Shown here one piece after another: positions 56,974-64,000 of a stretch of 64,000 nucleotides of DNA. The stretch comes from a virus. Taxonomy: Duplodnaviria; Heunggongvirae; Uroviricota; Caudoviricetes. Each line of letters opens with the position of its first letter. Within the stretch, counting starts at the first letter, position 1. The stretch is from positions 5,513 through 69,512 of the IMG/VR virus record IMGVR_UViG_3300028388_003891; one strand, given 5' to 3'. Position numbers and translations under genes: made by a program. The notes under the pieces are model-generated. The model was not told the DNA's origin, searched no databases, and saw nothing but the letters and a program-made list of their open reading frames with translations.

Positions 56974-57022
56974 ATTGAGCAACTGCAGAATGTCTGCGGT
57001 GATATACAGGTAGGACGCATAA

Positions 57023-57099
57023 GCCGCAGTGACCCAATTGGCAGAGGTGCCAGTTTCAAAAGCTGGATGTTGTCGGTTCGACTCCGACCTGCGGTACCA
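57023..57099 (+). tRNA. tRNA with Leu anticodon CAA, class-I architecture
   Basis: Acceptor GCCGCAG/CUGCGGU, anticodon arm CCAGU-UUCAAAA-GCUGG, 5-nt variable loop, T arm GUCGG-UUCGACU-CCGAC, A73-CCA. Confidence 0.5.
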
Positions 57100-57184
57100 A
57101 ACTACGACGTCGAGCTCAAGATAACACCGGGGACCGGCGTGTGGGAAGGCTATTTGGAATACGGACTGCTTATAAAATGGTTAT

Positions 57185-57259
57185 AGGGATGTAGCGCAAT
57201 TGGTAGAGCAGCGGAGTTTGATTCCGCAGATTCCGGTTCGAATCCGGACATCCCTTCCA
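57185..57259 (+). tRNA. tRNA-Gln (UUG)
   Basis: Acceptor AGGGAUG/CAUCCCU, anticodon arm GCGGA-GUUUGAU-UCCGC, T arm UCCGG-UUCGAAU-CCGGA, U73-CCA. TATAAAAT box about 15 nt upstream. Confidence 0.65.
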
Positions 57260-57347
57260 AGGACAGTAAAATGAACGTACTACGAGAGTACGAACACCAC
57301 AACAAGCTGGTACTCAGTATTTTAATGGATGCTTTAGCTGATCCACC

Positions 57348-57422
57348 GGGCCGGTAGCTTAATGGTAGAGCAGTGCCCTCATAAGGCAACGGTTGTGGGT
57401 TCGATTCCCTCCCGGCCCACCA
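57348..57422 (+). tRNA. tRNA-Met (CAU), elongator type, or Ile2 if lysidinylated
   Basis: Acceptor GGGCCGG/CCGGCCC, anticodon arm (G)UGCC-CUCAUAA-GGCA(A), T arm GUGGG-UUCGAUU-CCCUC, A73-CCA. Confidence 0.6.
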
Positions 57423-57517
57423 GTTACGTAACGCAGGCCGCCCCTGCGACACTTGGGTAGCGCCCAAAACCCCTCTCGAGGACTAGAGAGGCAAAACCAA
57501 AGGTCAACCAATTCAAT

Positions 57518-57593
57518 GCCCTCGTAGCTTAACGGATAGAGCGACTCGCTACGAACGAGTTAGGTGGGAGTTCAATTCTCTCCGAGGGTGCCA
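57518..57593 (+). tRNA. tRNA-Arg (ACG)
   Basis: Acceptor GCCCUCG/CGAGGGU, anticodon arm ACUCG-CUACGAA-CGAGU, T arm GGGAG-UUCAAUU-CUCUC, G73-CCA. Confidence 0.7.
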
Positions 57594-57739
57594 AACGTAG
57601 TTCGTGTGAGCAACCGGTTGTCTGCAGACACCAACGGGAAACGAACTGGCCGGGACAGTGAGATGCTCACACATCACTGATCCACCAATTATGGGGTGAG
57701 GGCGCGCGACTAAGGAATACCTGATCCCCACCATACAAC

Positions 57740-57815
57740 GACGCGATGGCTCGAGTGGTTAGGCCGCCGCCTGCAAAGCGGAAGAATGTCGGTTCGATTC
57801 CGACTCGCGTCTCCA
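57740..57815 (+). tRNA. tRNA-Cys (GCA)
   Basis: Acceptor GACGCGA/UCGCGUC, anticodon arm GCCGC-CUGCAAA-GCGGA (27.43 mismatch), T arm GUCGG-UUCGAUU-CCGAC, U73-CCA. Confidence 0.6.
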
Positions 57816-57821
57816 AACAAT

Positions 57822-57915
57822 GGAAGGTAATGCAGTGCCGATGGTGGCGCGACTGGCCTTGAAAACCAGGTCCCGGCTAAAACCGGGTGGGGTTCGACTC
57901 CTCTGCCTTCCGCCA
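57822..57915 (+). tRNA. tRNA-Ser (UGA), class II with long variable arm
   Basis: Acceptor GGAAGGU/GCCUUCC, anticodon arm CUGG(C)-CUUGAAA-(A)CCAG, variable arm CCCGG-CUAAAA-CCGGG, T loop UUCGACU, G73-CCA. Confidence 0.7.
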
Positions 57916-57932
57916 ACATAGGAGATGGCAAC

Positions 57933-58190
57933 ATGGAAAAGTTTGCAGTGCTTGCCATTACGGCAGGCTTAATCGGTTTGGGGCTAATCCTCATCGCCCT
58001 TGCAATGTCGAAAATTTCAATCCCAGAATGGTTCTTCCGCACACAGGATGGTGTGCGTATTGGAGTGCGTACAGACGTGTTGGGCAACACGAAAGTGCGA
58101 GTTGACTTTGCTGACAAAACAACACGCGCGCTGATCTACAAACGAGCCAAAGCTGTTAACGACCGTGTGACTATGAGTGCACTGCGTTGA
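57933..58190 (+). CDS. Small membrane protein
   Basis: 85 aa with RBS AGGAG. One TM helix (AVLAITAGLIGLGLILIALA). Confidence 0.4.
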   Translation: MEKFAVLAITAGLIGLGLILIALAMSKISIPEWFFRTQDGVRIGVRTDVLGNTKVRVDFADKTTRALIYKRAKAVNDRVTMSALR

Positions 58191-58340
58191 CCTGACAGCC
58201 GGGATTGGAGACAATAAGTACTGATTTGGGCCATTTCGAAAATTGCTGAATTGCTATGTGTGGCCCCGTTTTGCGGCTATATAGAAAGAAGACCGAGGAG
58301 CATAAGCGTAAAATCGCTGAATCTCTACGGAATAGAAAAC

Positions 58341-58417
58341 GCAGGACTGGTGTTTAACGGCTAGCATCTCTGGCTTCCAACCAGAAGGTAGGAGTTCGAG
58401 TCTCCTGTTCTGCTCCA
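58341..58417 (+). tRNA. tRNA-Gly (UCC)
   Basis: Acceptor GCAGGAC/GUUCUGC, anticodon arm UCUGG-CUUCCAA-CCAGA, T arm AGGAG-UUCGAGU-CUCCU, U73-CCA. Confidence 0.65.
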
Positions 58418-58437
58418 AATAATGTCGAGGACAGATC

Positions 58438-58776
58438 GTGGATAATCTGGTTGGAAACCGTTACAATCTGTATGGTGTGTGGGACGACCACATCAAACTG
58501 AACGATACCGTGTACCGTATCGACGTAGACCCGTTTGATGGCTATCGATCCTACCTCAATGGGGTTACGGCGGTACTGCAGACGCCAGAGATGGTGTTTT
58601 CGACGTTGCCCATAGCTGAAATCGTGGTGCACGAAGATCGCACGGAGTGCAAAAACGGATACATCTTGAAAGACGACCTAGGTCACGTGTGGCTTGAGCT
58701 CGGTACCGATCACCACGACAGTTGGTATCCGTATGTGTACATGCGGTATAATCCCAAAGAACCAGATAACGTATGA
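58438..58776 (+). CDS. Hypothetical protein
   Basis: 112 aa. Confidence 0.35.
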   Translation: MDNLVGNRYNLYGVWDDHIKLNDTVYRIDVDPFDGYRSYLNGVTAVLQTPEMVFSTLPIAEIVVHEDRTECKNGYILKDDLGHVWLELGTDHHDSWYPYVYMRYNPKEPDNV

Positions 58777-58777
58777 T

Positions 58778-58855
58778 GGTGGTCGTAGCTCAATTGGTTA
58801 GAGCGTCGGTTTGTGACACCGAAGGCCGAGGGTTCGATCCCCTCCGATCACCCCA
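58778..58855 (+). tRNA. tRNA-His (GUG) with encoded G-1 pairing with C73
   Basis: G-1 at 58778, acceptor GUGGUCG/CGAUCAC, D arm GCUC-AAUUGGUUA-GAGC, anticodon arm UCGGU-UUGUGAC-ACCGA, T arm GAGGG-UUCGAUC-CCCUC, C73-CCA. Confidence 0.75.
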
Positions 58856-58931
58856 AATTAACGACGACTGCAGCCCGATATACAGAGAAGAATAAATACT
58901 GTCCCACAATTCAATTTATTAACACCGATGA

Positions 58932-59008
58932 GCCCTCGTAGCTTAACTGGATAGAGCAACGGAATTCTACTCCGTTTGATGTGGGTTCGAATCCTACCGA
59001 GGGTGCCA
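58932..59008 (+). tRNA. tRNA-Arg (UCU)
   Basis: Acceptor GCCCUCG/CGAGGGU, anticodon arm ACGGA-AUUCUAC-UCCGU, T arm GUGGG-UUCGAAU-CCUAC, G73-CCA. Confidence 0.7.
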
Positions 59009-59010
59009 AT

Positions 59011-59298
59011 TTGAAATACGATCTGCCAGCATTATATGATGAGCTGAGCCCAAAACAAAGACGAGACGTCCGCCTACAATATGTTGAGCAACAACAAGGC
59101 AAGTGCTATTGGTGCAACCATGACCTCAACCAGGATCCTCCAATTTCGATACTTAATGAATGGATCAACTGGGACCTATTTCCCGACGGGTTCCGAAAAC
59201 ATCCGATCCATCTGCAGCACGACCACGATACGGGACTGACGGAGGGCGCCGTGCATATGAGATGTAATGCCTATATGTGGCAGTATCGTGGACGGTAA
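59011..59298 (+). CDS. Small HNH-like endonuclease (CxxC...HxxH motifs); TTG start just after the tRNA
   Basis: 'CYWCNHDL...HLQHDHDTGLTEGAVHMRCNAY'. The ORF-track ATG start at 58981 lies inside the tRNA, so a TTG with a GAGGGTG RBS was used. Confidence 0.35.
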   Translation: MKYDLPALYDELSPKQRRDVRLQYVEQQQGKCYWCNHDLNQDPPISILNEWINWDLFPDGFRKHPIHLQHDHDTGLTEGAVHMRCNAYMWQYRGR

Positions 59299-59348
59299 TA
59301 TATCTGTATAGTAGAATTTGGGCTAATATACCGATATAGTAGAATTAT

Positions 59349-59423
59349 GGCTTCATAGCTCAATGGCAAGAGCACTCGGCCGATAACCGGGAGATCTAAG
59401 TTCGATTCTTAGTGAAGCTACCA
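59349..59423 (+). tRNA. tRNA-Ile (GAU)
   Basis: Acceptor GGCUUCA/UGAAGCU, D arm GCUC-AAUGGCAA-GAGC, anticodon arm CUCGG-CCGAUAA-CCGGG, T arm CUAAG-UUCGAUU-CUUAG, A73-CCA. Confidence 0.7.
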
Positions 59424-59428
59424 AACAC

Positions 59429-59503
59429 GCCCCTGTAGTACAACCGGTAGTACACCACCTTGGTAAGGTGGAGAACGTGGGTCGGGACCACGCTGGGGCA
59501 CCA
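59429..59503 (+). tRNA. tRNA-Thr (GGU) with non-canonical T loop GUCGGGA
   Basis: D arm GUAC-AACCGGUA-GUAC, anticodon arm CCACC-UUGGUAA-GGUGG, T arm CGUGG-GUCGGGA-CCACG, acceptor GCCCCUG/CUGGGGC (one mismatch), A73-CCA. Confidence 0.6.
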
Positions 59504-59510
59504 AACTAAA

Positions 59511-59588
59511 GCCTGAGTACCCCAATTGGCAGAGGGGCGAGATCGAGAATCTCGTTAGGTGTGGGTTCGAGTCCCACCTCAGGTACCA
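59511..59588 (+). tRNA. tRNA with Leu anticodon GAG, class-I architecture
   Basis: Acceptor GCCUGAG/CUCAGGU, D arm CCCC-AAUUGGCAGA-GGGG, anticodon arm CGAGA-UCGAGAA-UCUCG (C33), T arm GUGGG-UUCGAGU-CCCAC, A73-CCA. Confidence 0.5.
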
Positions 59589-59869
59589 ACGCGTGCAACC
59601 TGTGTTACGTTGCAAACGTGCACACGGTCATCCACCTTGATGCGCAATTGCGCTCCGACGTTGATCTGCTGGTCATTCGTATCGAGCTCGACGTCACTAT
59701 TTGGACGCAGCTTTAACGTGCAATCAGATTCGACGACCCAGTCGCCTCGTCGGTCAGTCTGAACGAGTACGACTGACGGGGCAAACCACACTGAGCGAAT
59801 CTCCGTTGGGTGTGGTGCGGCAAAGGCCGCTGTTGACAAAAGTGCTAATGCTAGTAGAAGGTATTTCAC
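59579..59869 (-). CDS. Small secreted protein (signal peptide MKYLLLALALLSTAAFA)
   Basis: 96 aa on the minus strand. The hairpin at 59590-59625 may terminate it. Confidence 0.4.
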   Translation of the reverse strand: MKYLLLALALLSTAAFAAPHPTEIRSVWFAPSVVLVQTDRRGDWVVESDCTLKLRPNSDVELDTNDQQINVGAQLRIKVDDRVHVCNVTQVARVGT

Positions 59870-59930
59870 AATAGGCTCCTATGAGTGTATATAAGGTATA
59901 TATGCTCTATACATCTTCTCGGAATACATT

Positions 59931-60080
59931 ATGAGTAAAAAGGCGAAAGATTCACAGCTCCTCATCAAAGTTAACAAAGAGGACAAGAAAGCCTTCATTG
60001 AAATATGTGAATCGCAAGACACGACTGCAAGTCGTGAGATCCGCAGATTCATTTCACGCACTATCAAAAAACATGGGTGA
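59931..60080 (+). CDS. Small ribbon-helix-helix-like protein (49 aa, not in ORF track)
   Basis: 'KVNKEDKKAFIEICESQDTTASREIRRFI' beta-strand/helix pattern typical of Arc/CopG/ParD-like RHH proteins. 7 nt upstream of the next ORF. Confidence 0.3.
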   Translation: MSKKAKDSQLLIKVNKEDKKAFIEICESQDTTASREIRRFISRTIKKHG

Positions 60081-60086
60081 TGTATT

Positions 60087-60383
60087 ATGACGAACATTAA
60101 GCGGGACGACGTGCAACAGTCCTTTACGAACCGCCGTAACGAAATCGCGAACAGGCTTGAGGCATCTCTCTTTGGGGCACGTAACGAAGACATTACGATG
60201 AGCCCTCGCGCCCTTGAAGCGGTTGAGGTGTGCGCGGAGGGGATCGATACGATGGGCAAGTACATTGACTATTTGGAAGCTGCCCTACATAAGGCGCGCA
60301 CACGTGTAAAGGACCTCGAGCGCATCACAGCATCACCACAAGACGTCACTGTTGTCAAAGATGGCGCGCAGGTGCGACTATAG
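60087..60383 (+). CDS. Hypothetical protein downstream of the RHH gene
   Basis: 98 aa. Ends with a TAG abutting tRNA-Ser. Confidence 0.3.
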   Translation: MTNIKRDDVQQSFTNRRNEIANRLEASLFGARNEDITMSPRALEAVEVCAEGIDTMGKYIDYLEAALHKARTRVKDLERITASPQDVTVVKDGAQVRL

Positions 60384-60390
60384 CTATATT

Positions 60391-60482
60391 GGAAGGTTGC
60401 CAGAGAGGTCGATTGGGGCTCCCTGCTAAGGAGTTGACCCTCTTATGAGGGTCCGAGAGTTCGAATCTCTCACCTTCCGCCA
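60391..60482 (+). tRNA. tRNA-Ser (GCU), class II
   Basis: Acceptor GGAAGGU/ACCUUCC, anticodon arm GCUCC-CUGCUAA-GGAGU, variable arm GACCCUC-UUAU-GAGGGUC, T arm GAGAG-UUCGAAU-CUCUC, G73-CCA. Confidence 0.7.
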
Positions 60483-60499
60483 ACACGAGGAGGAATGTA

Positions 60500-60775
60500 A
60501 TGGTCAAAGAGCGTATTGGTAATGCTCTGTACTGGTTTAGGGATGACGACATACGTGAACGAGCTCTTCGTCTCTATGCGTGCAGGTCAATGCCAATGAC
60601 ATATCGTGAAGCCTTGTGTGACAGTAGCCTGACTCAAATGGCTGAGGTAGTGATCGACATGGAGAGACAGGTATTGATCAAGTGCCGACCGGTATTGCTG
60701 GAGGATTTAATCGATCACTACCTTGAGGTAGGACCGAGCGAGCAGTATCGAGCCACAGCTCAGTTGTCCGGCTGA
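60500..60775 (+). CDS. Hypothetical protein
   Basis: 91 aa with RBS GAGGAGGAA. Confidence 0.35.
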   Translation: MVKERIGNALYWFRDDDIRERALRLYACRSMPMTYREALCDSSLTQMAEVVIDMERQVLIKCRPVLLEDLIDHYLEVGPSEQYRATAQLSG

Positions 60776-60784
60776 ATAACCGAC

Positions 60785-60808
60785 CCCGCTACGGCGGGGT
60801 TTTTTTTG
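60785..60808 (+). terminator. Rho-independent terminator
   Basis: CCCCGC-TACG-GCGGGG hairpin plus TTTTTTTT. Confidence 0.75.
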
Positions 60809-60828
60809 TGCAAATTAAGGAGAATGTG

Positions 60829-61011
60829 ATGGAAACTGTAATTAAGGCTGTTACGACTCTGGTGGTTGCAGTGGTGATTGGTTTCCTGTTCAGCTATCCG
60901 CTAATGCTACTGTGGAACGGCTGTTTGGTGTCGGCTATCGATGGTGTGCGCGAAATATCGTGGCTGCAAACGTGGGGTATCGCAGTTTTGTTTCATTTTC
61001 TGTTCAAGTAG
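60829..61011 (+). CDS. Small two-TM membrane protein (holin-like size)
   Basis: 60 aa from the internal ATG with RBS AAGGAGAA. Two hydrophobic helices. Confidence 0.3.
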   Translation: METVIKAVTTLVVAVVIGFLFSYPLMLLWNGCLVSAIDGVREISWLQTWGIAVLFHFLFK

Positions 61012-61081
61012 CACTGTTGTCCTCCTCCGTGTAATTTGAGATAATGTCCCTGTTGAGTTAATAACCACACGGAGATATCAC

Positions 61082-61429
61082 ATGGCTATCGTAACCAAGG
61101 ATTTCATCGAAAACTTTATCGCGACCCACAGCGAGAAAGAGGTTGCTCACTTCATCGGTCGTGCACTGGTCGTGATCTTTAACAACCAGACTGAAGACGA
61201 GAAGCGCGACAACGAGACTCGTGTTTACAACAACATCGGGTTTACTGGTGCCGACGGTCGTGTCGGTGCTCTTGGCGCCAAGTCGTTCCTCAAGAACGGC
61301 ACGCTGCTTGACTGGCAGGTTGATCAGTGGACCAAGCGTAACAAGCAAGGTACGATGCGGATCGCCAAATACTGGCGTCAGCTCAACAAAGCCGCTGAGC
61401 GCAAAGCTCAGCGGAAGGAGGCAGCATGA
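61082..61429 (+). CDS. Hypothetical protein downstream of the GAGATAATGTCCCTGTTG motif
   Basis: 115 aa with RBS ACGGAGA. Confidence 0.35.
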   Translation: MAIVTKDFIENFIATHSEKEVAHFIGRALVVIFNNQTEDEKRDNETRVYNNIGFTGADGRVGALGAKSFLKNGTLLDWQVDQWTKRNKQGTMRIAKYWRQLNKAAERKAQRKEAA

Positions 61430-61602
61430 GAGAGACTGTACAGCAGTTCTTGCAACGTGGAGGGCGCATCACCAAGTGCCCAAGTTCGGCTGATCGTGAC
61501 ACTACATGGCGTCGTGGTTATAAGCGAGATGCAGTGCTACACCGCCTCGGTGGTTCATTCGGCGACATGATGCCCTTCGCGCGCAAGCCGGGCAAGCAAT
61601 AG

Positions 61603-62196
61603 TCACCCGGTCCGCTCAATTACTAAGCACCCAGCTTTGCCGCGATCATAATCGATCGCGGTTTTCCACGTATCCGGCTGTACGGTGGTAGTGAATTTCA
61701 TTACAGCTTTGAACAGCGCACGATTGTTTTGGTTGACATCATGGAACGCGATGTACTTGGAAACTGAGCTCGCGTGCACATTGAGCTCATTGAGAAGATG
61801 TCCAGCATTGTGGAGAGAGTCGATATGTAGCATGTCACATGGAGACACGGTGCTTGGGTCGGTGGATGACCTACGTATAATATCAACACGCTTGCCAGTT
61901 TGCTCGCAGTACACATCAACCAGCCGACGAAGAGAGTCGTCGTACAGCTGAGTAGAGATGTCCACACCGATGTAATGCTCGACGGAAGGTTGCAGCAACA
62001 TCTTGATCAATGACGCTCCTTGATAAACGCCGAGCTCTTTGATGACCCGACAACGACCAGCGTACTCGCGTAGTATGTTGTCGCGGTCGAACTCAGGTAG
62101 ATACTTGTGGTCTGGATCGTACTGTAACAACCAATCGTGGTGCTCGACTGCTTGCGTCATCGTGTTACATCGTGTGAAGTCTACTAGTCGGCCCAT
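61603..62196 (-). CDS. Class I SAM-dependent methyltransferase-like protein
   Basis: Gly-rich motif I 'VIKELGVYQGASL'. 197 aa, minus strand. Confidence 0.4.
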   Translation of the reverse strand: MGRLVDFTRCNTMTQAVEHHDWLLQYDPDHKYLPEFDRDNILREYAGRCRVIKELGVYQGASLIKMLLQPSVEHYIGVDISTQLYDDSLRRLVDVYCEQTGKRVDIIRRSSTDPSTVSPCDMLHIDSLHNAGHLLNELNVHASSVSKYIAFHDVNQNNRALFKAVMKFTTTVQPDTWKTAIDYDRGKAGCLVIERTG

Positions 62197-62256
62197 GTTG
62201 TCATCTTCGATGTGAGAGTGTAAGGTGTGGTTGTCATTAACAAAAGGAGATATGAC

Positions 62257-62502
62257 ATGAAAAAGTTACTTATCGCAACTCTGGCTGCGATTACGCTGTC
62301 TGCCTGTACGAACGAAGGCAAAACTTACGACGTACTGCGTAAAGCAGGTTATACCGACATCAAGGTCGGCGGATGGGCGCCGTTTTCATGCAGTGAAGAC
62401 GACGTGTTTAAAACCAAGTTTACAGCAACTAACCCCACGGGCCAGACCGTCGAAGGCGTCGTATGTGCGGGCTGGTTCAAGGGCGGAACGATAAGGCTTT
62501 GA
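62257..62502 (+). CDS. Small lipoprotein
   Basis: 'MKKLLIATLAAITLSAC' signal peptide with lipobox. Confidence 0.45.
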   Translation: MKKLLIATLAAITLSACTNEGKTYDVLRKAGYTDIKVGGWAPFSCSEDDVFKTKFTATNPTGQTVEGVVCAGWFKGGTIRL

Positions 62503-62771
62503 CATGGCGCACGTAACCAGAGAGTTTATTATCGCGAACAAGTGCGTCGGGCGTATAAAGCATGGGAGAATGACGCACAGTCCGGTGACACAGGTATTTC
62601 AGATCTCGAGATGGAACGAGTCGAGGTGCGTAAGATCGTGATAGTTCACAATGAGTACACAGCAGACCCAGATTATTGGCCTTGATCGGTTGACATTACA
62701 ACCACAGTAGAGGAATATGTAGTTTCTGTCGCTGAGGCGACGTTCTCAAAAAAATCAAAAGGAGTTACATT

Positions 62772-63728
62772 ATGGTAGCAGCAGTAGAAAGTATGGCATA
62801 CGCAGGTGAAGTGCCTTGGCATAACCTTGGAACTAAGGTACCCGCTGACCTGGCACCAATCCAGATGATGAAACAGGCTGGTCTCGACTGGCGCGTCGAA
62901 GAAGTACCGGCGATGATCGAGTGGAAGGGTCAAACCGTGCCCACCGGCCAGAAGGCTCTGGTTCGTGAAACCGATGGCAAGATTCTTACGTCAGTCGGTG
63001 CTGGGTGGAATCCCGTCCAGAACGAGCAGGCGTTCGAATTTTTTCACGATTTCTGTGCCGCAGGTGACATGGAGATGCACACCGCGGGGTCACTGAACGG
63101 TGGCAAGAACGTGTGGGTGCTCGCTAAGGTTAACGAGTCATTCGATATCCTGGATGGTGATCAGGTTGATAGCTACCTGCTGTTCTCCAACCCCCATCAG
63201 TACGGTCGCAGCATCGAGATTCGGTTCACGCCGATCCGCGTTGTGTGCAATAACACACTGACGATGTCTCTCAACCTGGACGCCGCCAACTCGGTCAAGC
63301 TCAACCACCGCACGGCCTTCAATGGCGATATCGTCAAAGAGACGCTTGGCATCGCTCACGATAAGCTCGCCAAGTACCGTGACACCGCCGAGTTCCTCGC
63401 CGGCAAGCAGTTCTCGATGGACAACCTGATCCAGTACTACAATGAGGTGTTCCCTCACACGTACGCTGGGTCCAAGAACAAGGAAATCAAGACTGCCGAC
63501 GATCTCACCAAGACTGGTAAACGTGCTCTCGAGCTGATTGAAGTGCAGCCTGGTGCTAACTACGGTGAAGGCTCATGGTGGCAGGCGTTCAACAGCGTCA
63601 CGTACCTTGCAGACCACGAGATGGGTCGTAGTGACGAGTCACGCCTGTCGAGCGCATGGTTCGGCCAGAACCAGCGCCGCAAGGTCAAGGCCCTGTCCAA
63701 GGCGATCGAGTACGCTGAGGCTGCATAA
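62772..63728 (+). CDS. DUF932 (phage/plasmid-like protein) family member
   Basis: N-terminal 'ESMAYAGEVPWHNLGTKV...QAGLDWRVEEVP' signature of the DUF932/TIGR03299 family. Confidence 0.55.
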   Translation: MVAAVESMAYAGEVPWHNLGTKVPADLAPIQMMKQAGLDWRVEEVPAMIEWKGQTVPTGQKALVRETDGKILTSVGAGWNPVQNEQAFEFFHDFCAAGDMEMHTAGSLNGGKNVWVLAKVNESFDILDGDQVDSYLLFSNPHQYGRSIEIRFTPIRVVCNNTLTMSLNLDAANSVKLNHRTAFNGDIVKETLGIAHDKLAKYRDTAEFLAGKQFSMDNLIQYYNEVFPHTYAGSKNKEIKTADDLTKTGKRALELIEVQPGANYGEGSWWQAFNSVTYLADHEMGRSDESRLSSAWFGQNQRRKVKALSKAIEYAEAA

Positions 63729-63946
63729 TGCGATGGACTGGTATTAAGACGCAGAGGGCACGTAAACGTGCCCTTCGCTGTTTGTGGCACTCTTGGTTTG
63801 CTTGGTACCCGATCGCTATAAAAGATCCGATTGGTGACCACGAGATGACAGTGTGGATGGAGTGGGTTCAACGCCGTCGGGTACTCTCAACCACGGGGCC
63901 CCGCACCGGTTGGCATTGGGAGTACAGGGAGAACCCAAATGGATAA
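63728..63946 (+). CDS. Hypothetical small protein
   Basis: 72 aa. ATGA-coupled to the upstream gene. Confidence 0.3.
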   Translation: MRWTGIKTQRARKRALRCLWHSWFAWYPIAIKDPIGDHEMTVWMEWVQRRRVLSTTGPRTGWHWEYRENPNG

Positions 63947-64000
63947 AAGAAGCGATACTTTGGCGCAAGTGAACGAAGACTTCGGTACTTGGTGGACCAA

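Noticed and set aside
54533-58117. ORFs in the tRNA array (for example 54533-54760, 56676-57059, 57150-57467, 57710-58117 on the minus strand; 56962-57186 on the plus strand)
   Set aside because: They overlap one or more well-folded tRNA genes and read through conserved tRNA stems. They are not protein-coding.
58981-59010. ATG start at 58981 for the HNH-like ORF
   Set aside because: That ATG lies inside the T arm of tRNA-Arg. A TTG at 59011 with a RBS just after the tRNA is more plausible.

Overview
This window is a 64 kb stretch of a T4-like myovirus genome, transcribed almost entirely on the + strand. Family and motif assignments below are recognised by eye from the translations, not from searches.

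Structural module (1-15.4 kb): the C-terminal end of the terminase large subunit, tail sheath, tail tube, portal, a collagen-like Gly-X-Y repeat protein, several large Ser/Thr/Gly/Asn-rich virion or fibre proteins, prohead protease, scaffold and major capsid protein. T4-type late promoters (TATAAATA) sit upstream of several of these genes.

Opposite-strand island (15.5-17.9 kb): includes a 480-aa vWA-domain protein, possibly Ro60/TROVE-related (tentatively DUF2828).

T4-like replication and recombination core (18-48 kb): UvsY, UvsW, gp55 late sigma factor, gp47/gp46 (Mre11/Rad50-like), gp45 clamp, gp44/gp62 clamp loader, RegA, an Hsp20, family-B DNA polymerase, UvsX, gp41 helicase, ATP-dependent DNA ligase, an HD-domain (p)ppGpp-hydrolase-like protein and a PD-(D/E)xK nuclease.

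Accessory content:
- a 7-deazaguanine/queuosine-precursor cluster (QueE-like, QueD-like, FolE, a second T-fold protein and a possible DpdA/TGT-like protein), followed by a dCTP-deaminase-fold protein;
- an amber-suppressor-like tRNA (anticodon CUA) overlapping that gene's TAG stop;
- a circularly permuted two-piece tmRNA gene encoding the tag (A)ANDAVYDVALAA;
- an SPFH lipoprotein and a membrane partner;
- a roughly 9.5 kb tRNA array (50.2-59.6 kb) plus an outlying tRNA-Ser, about 32 tRNAs in all.

The tRNA array also contains:
- two canonical type-I hammerhead ribozymes, one placed to cleave exactly at the 5' end of a tRNA;
- an Rnl2-type RNA ligase gene;
- four Leu-anticodon tRNAs built with class-I (short variable arm) architecture;
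- several tRNA-like fragments and an apparently disrupted tRNA-Ala locus;
- unannotated structured RNA regions.

No CRISPR array and no obvious transposable element were seen.
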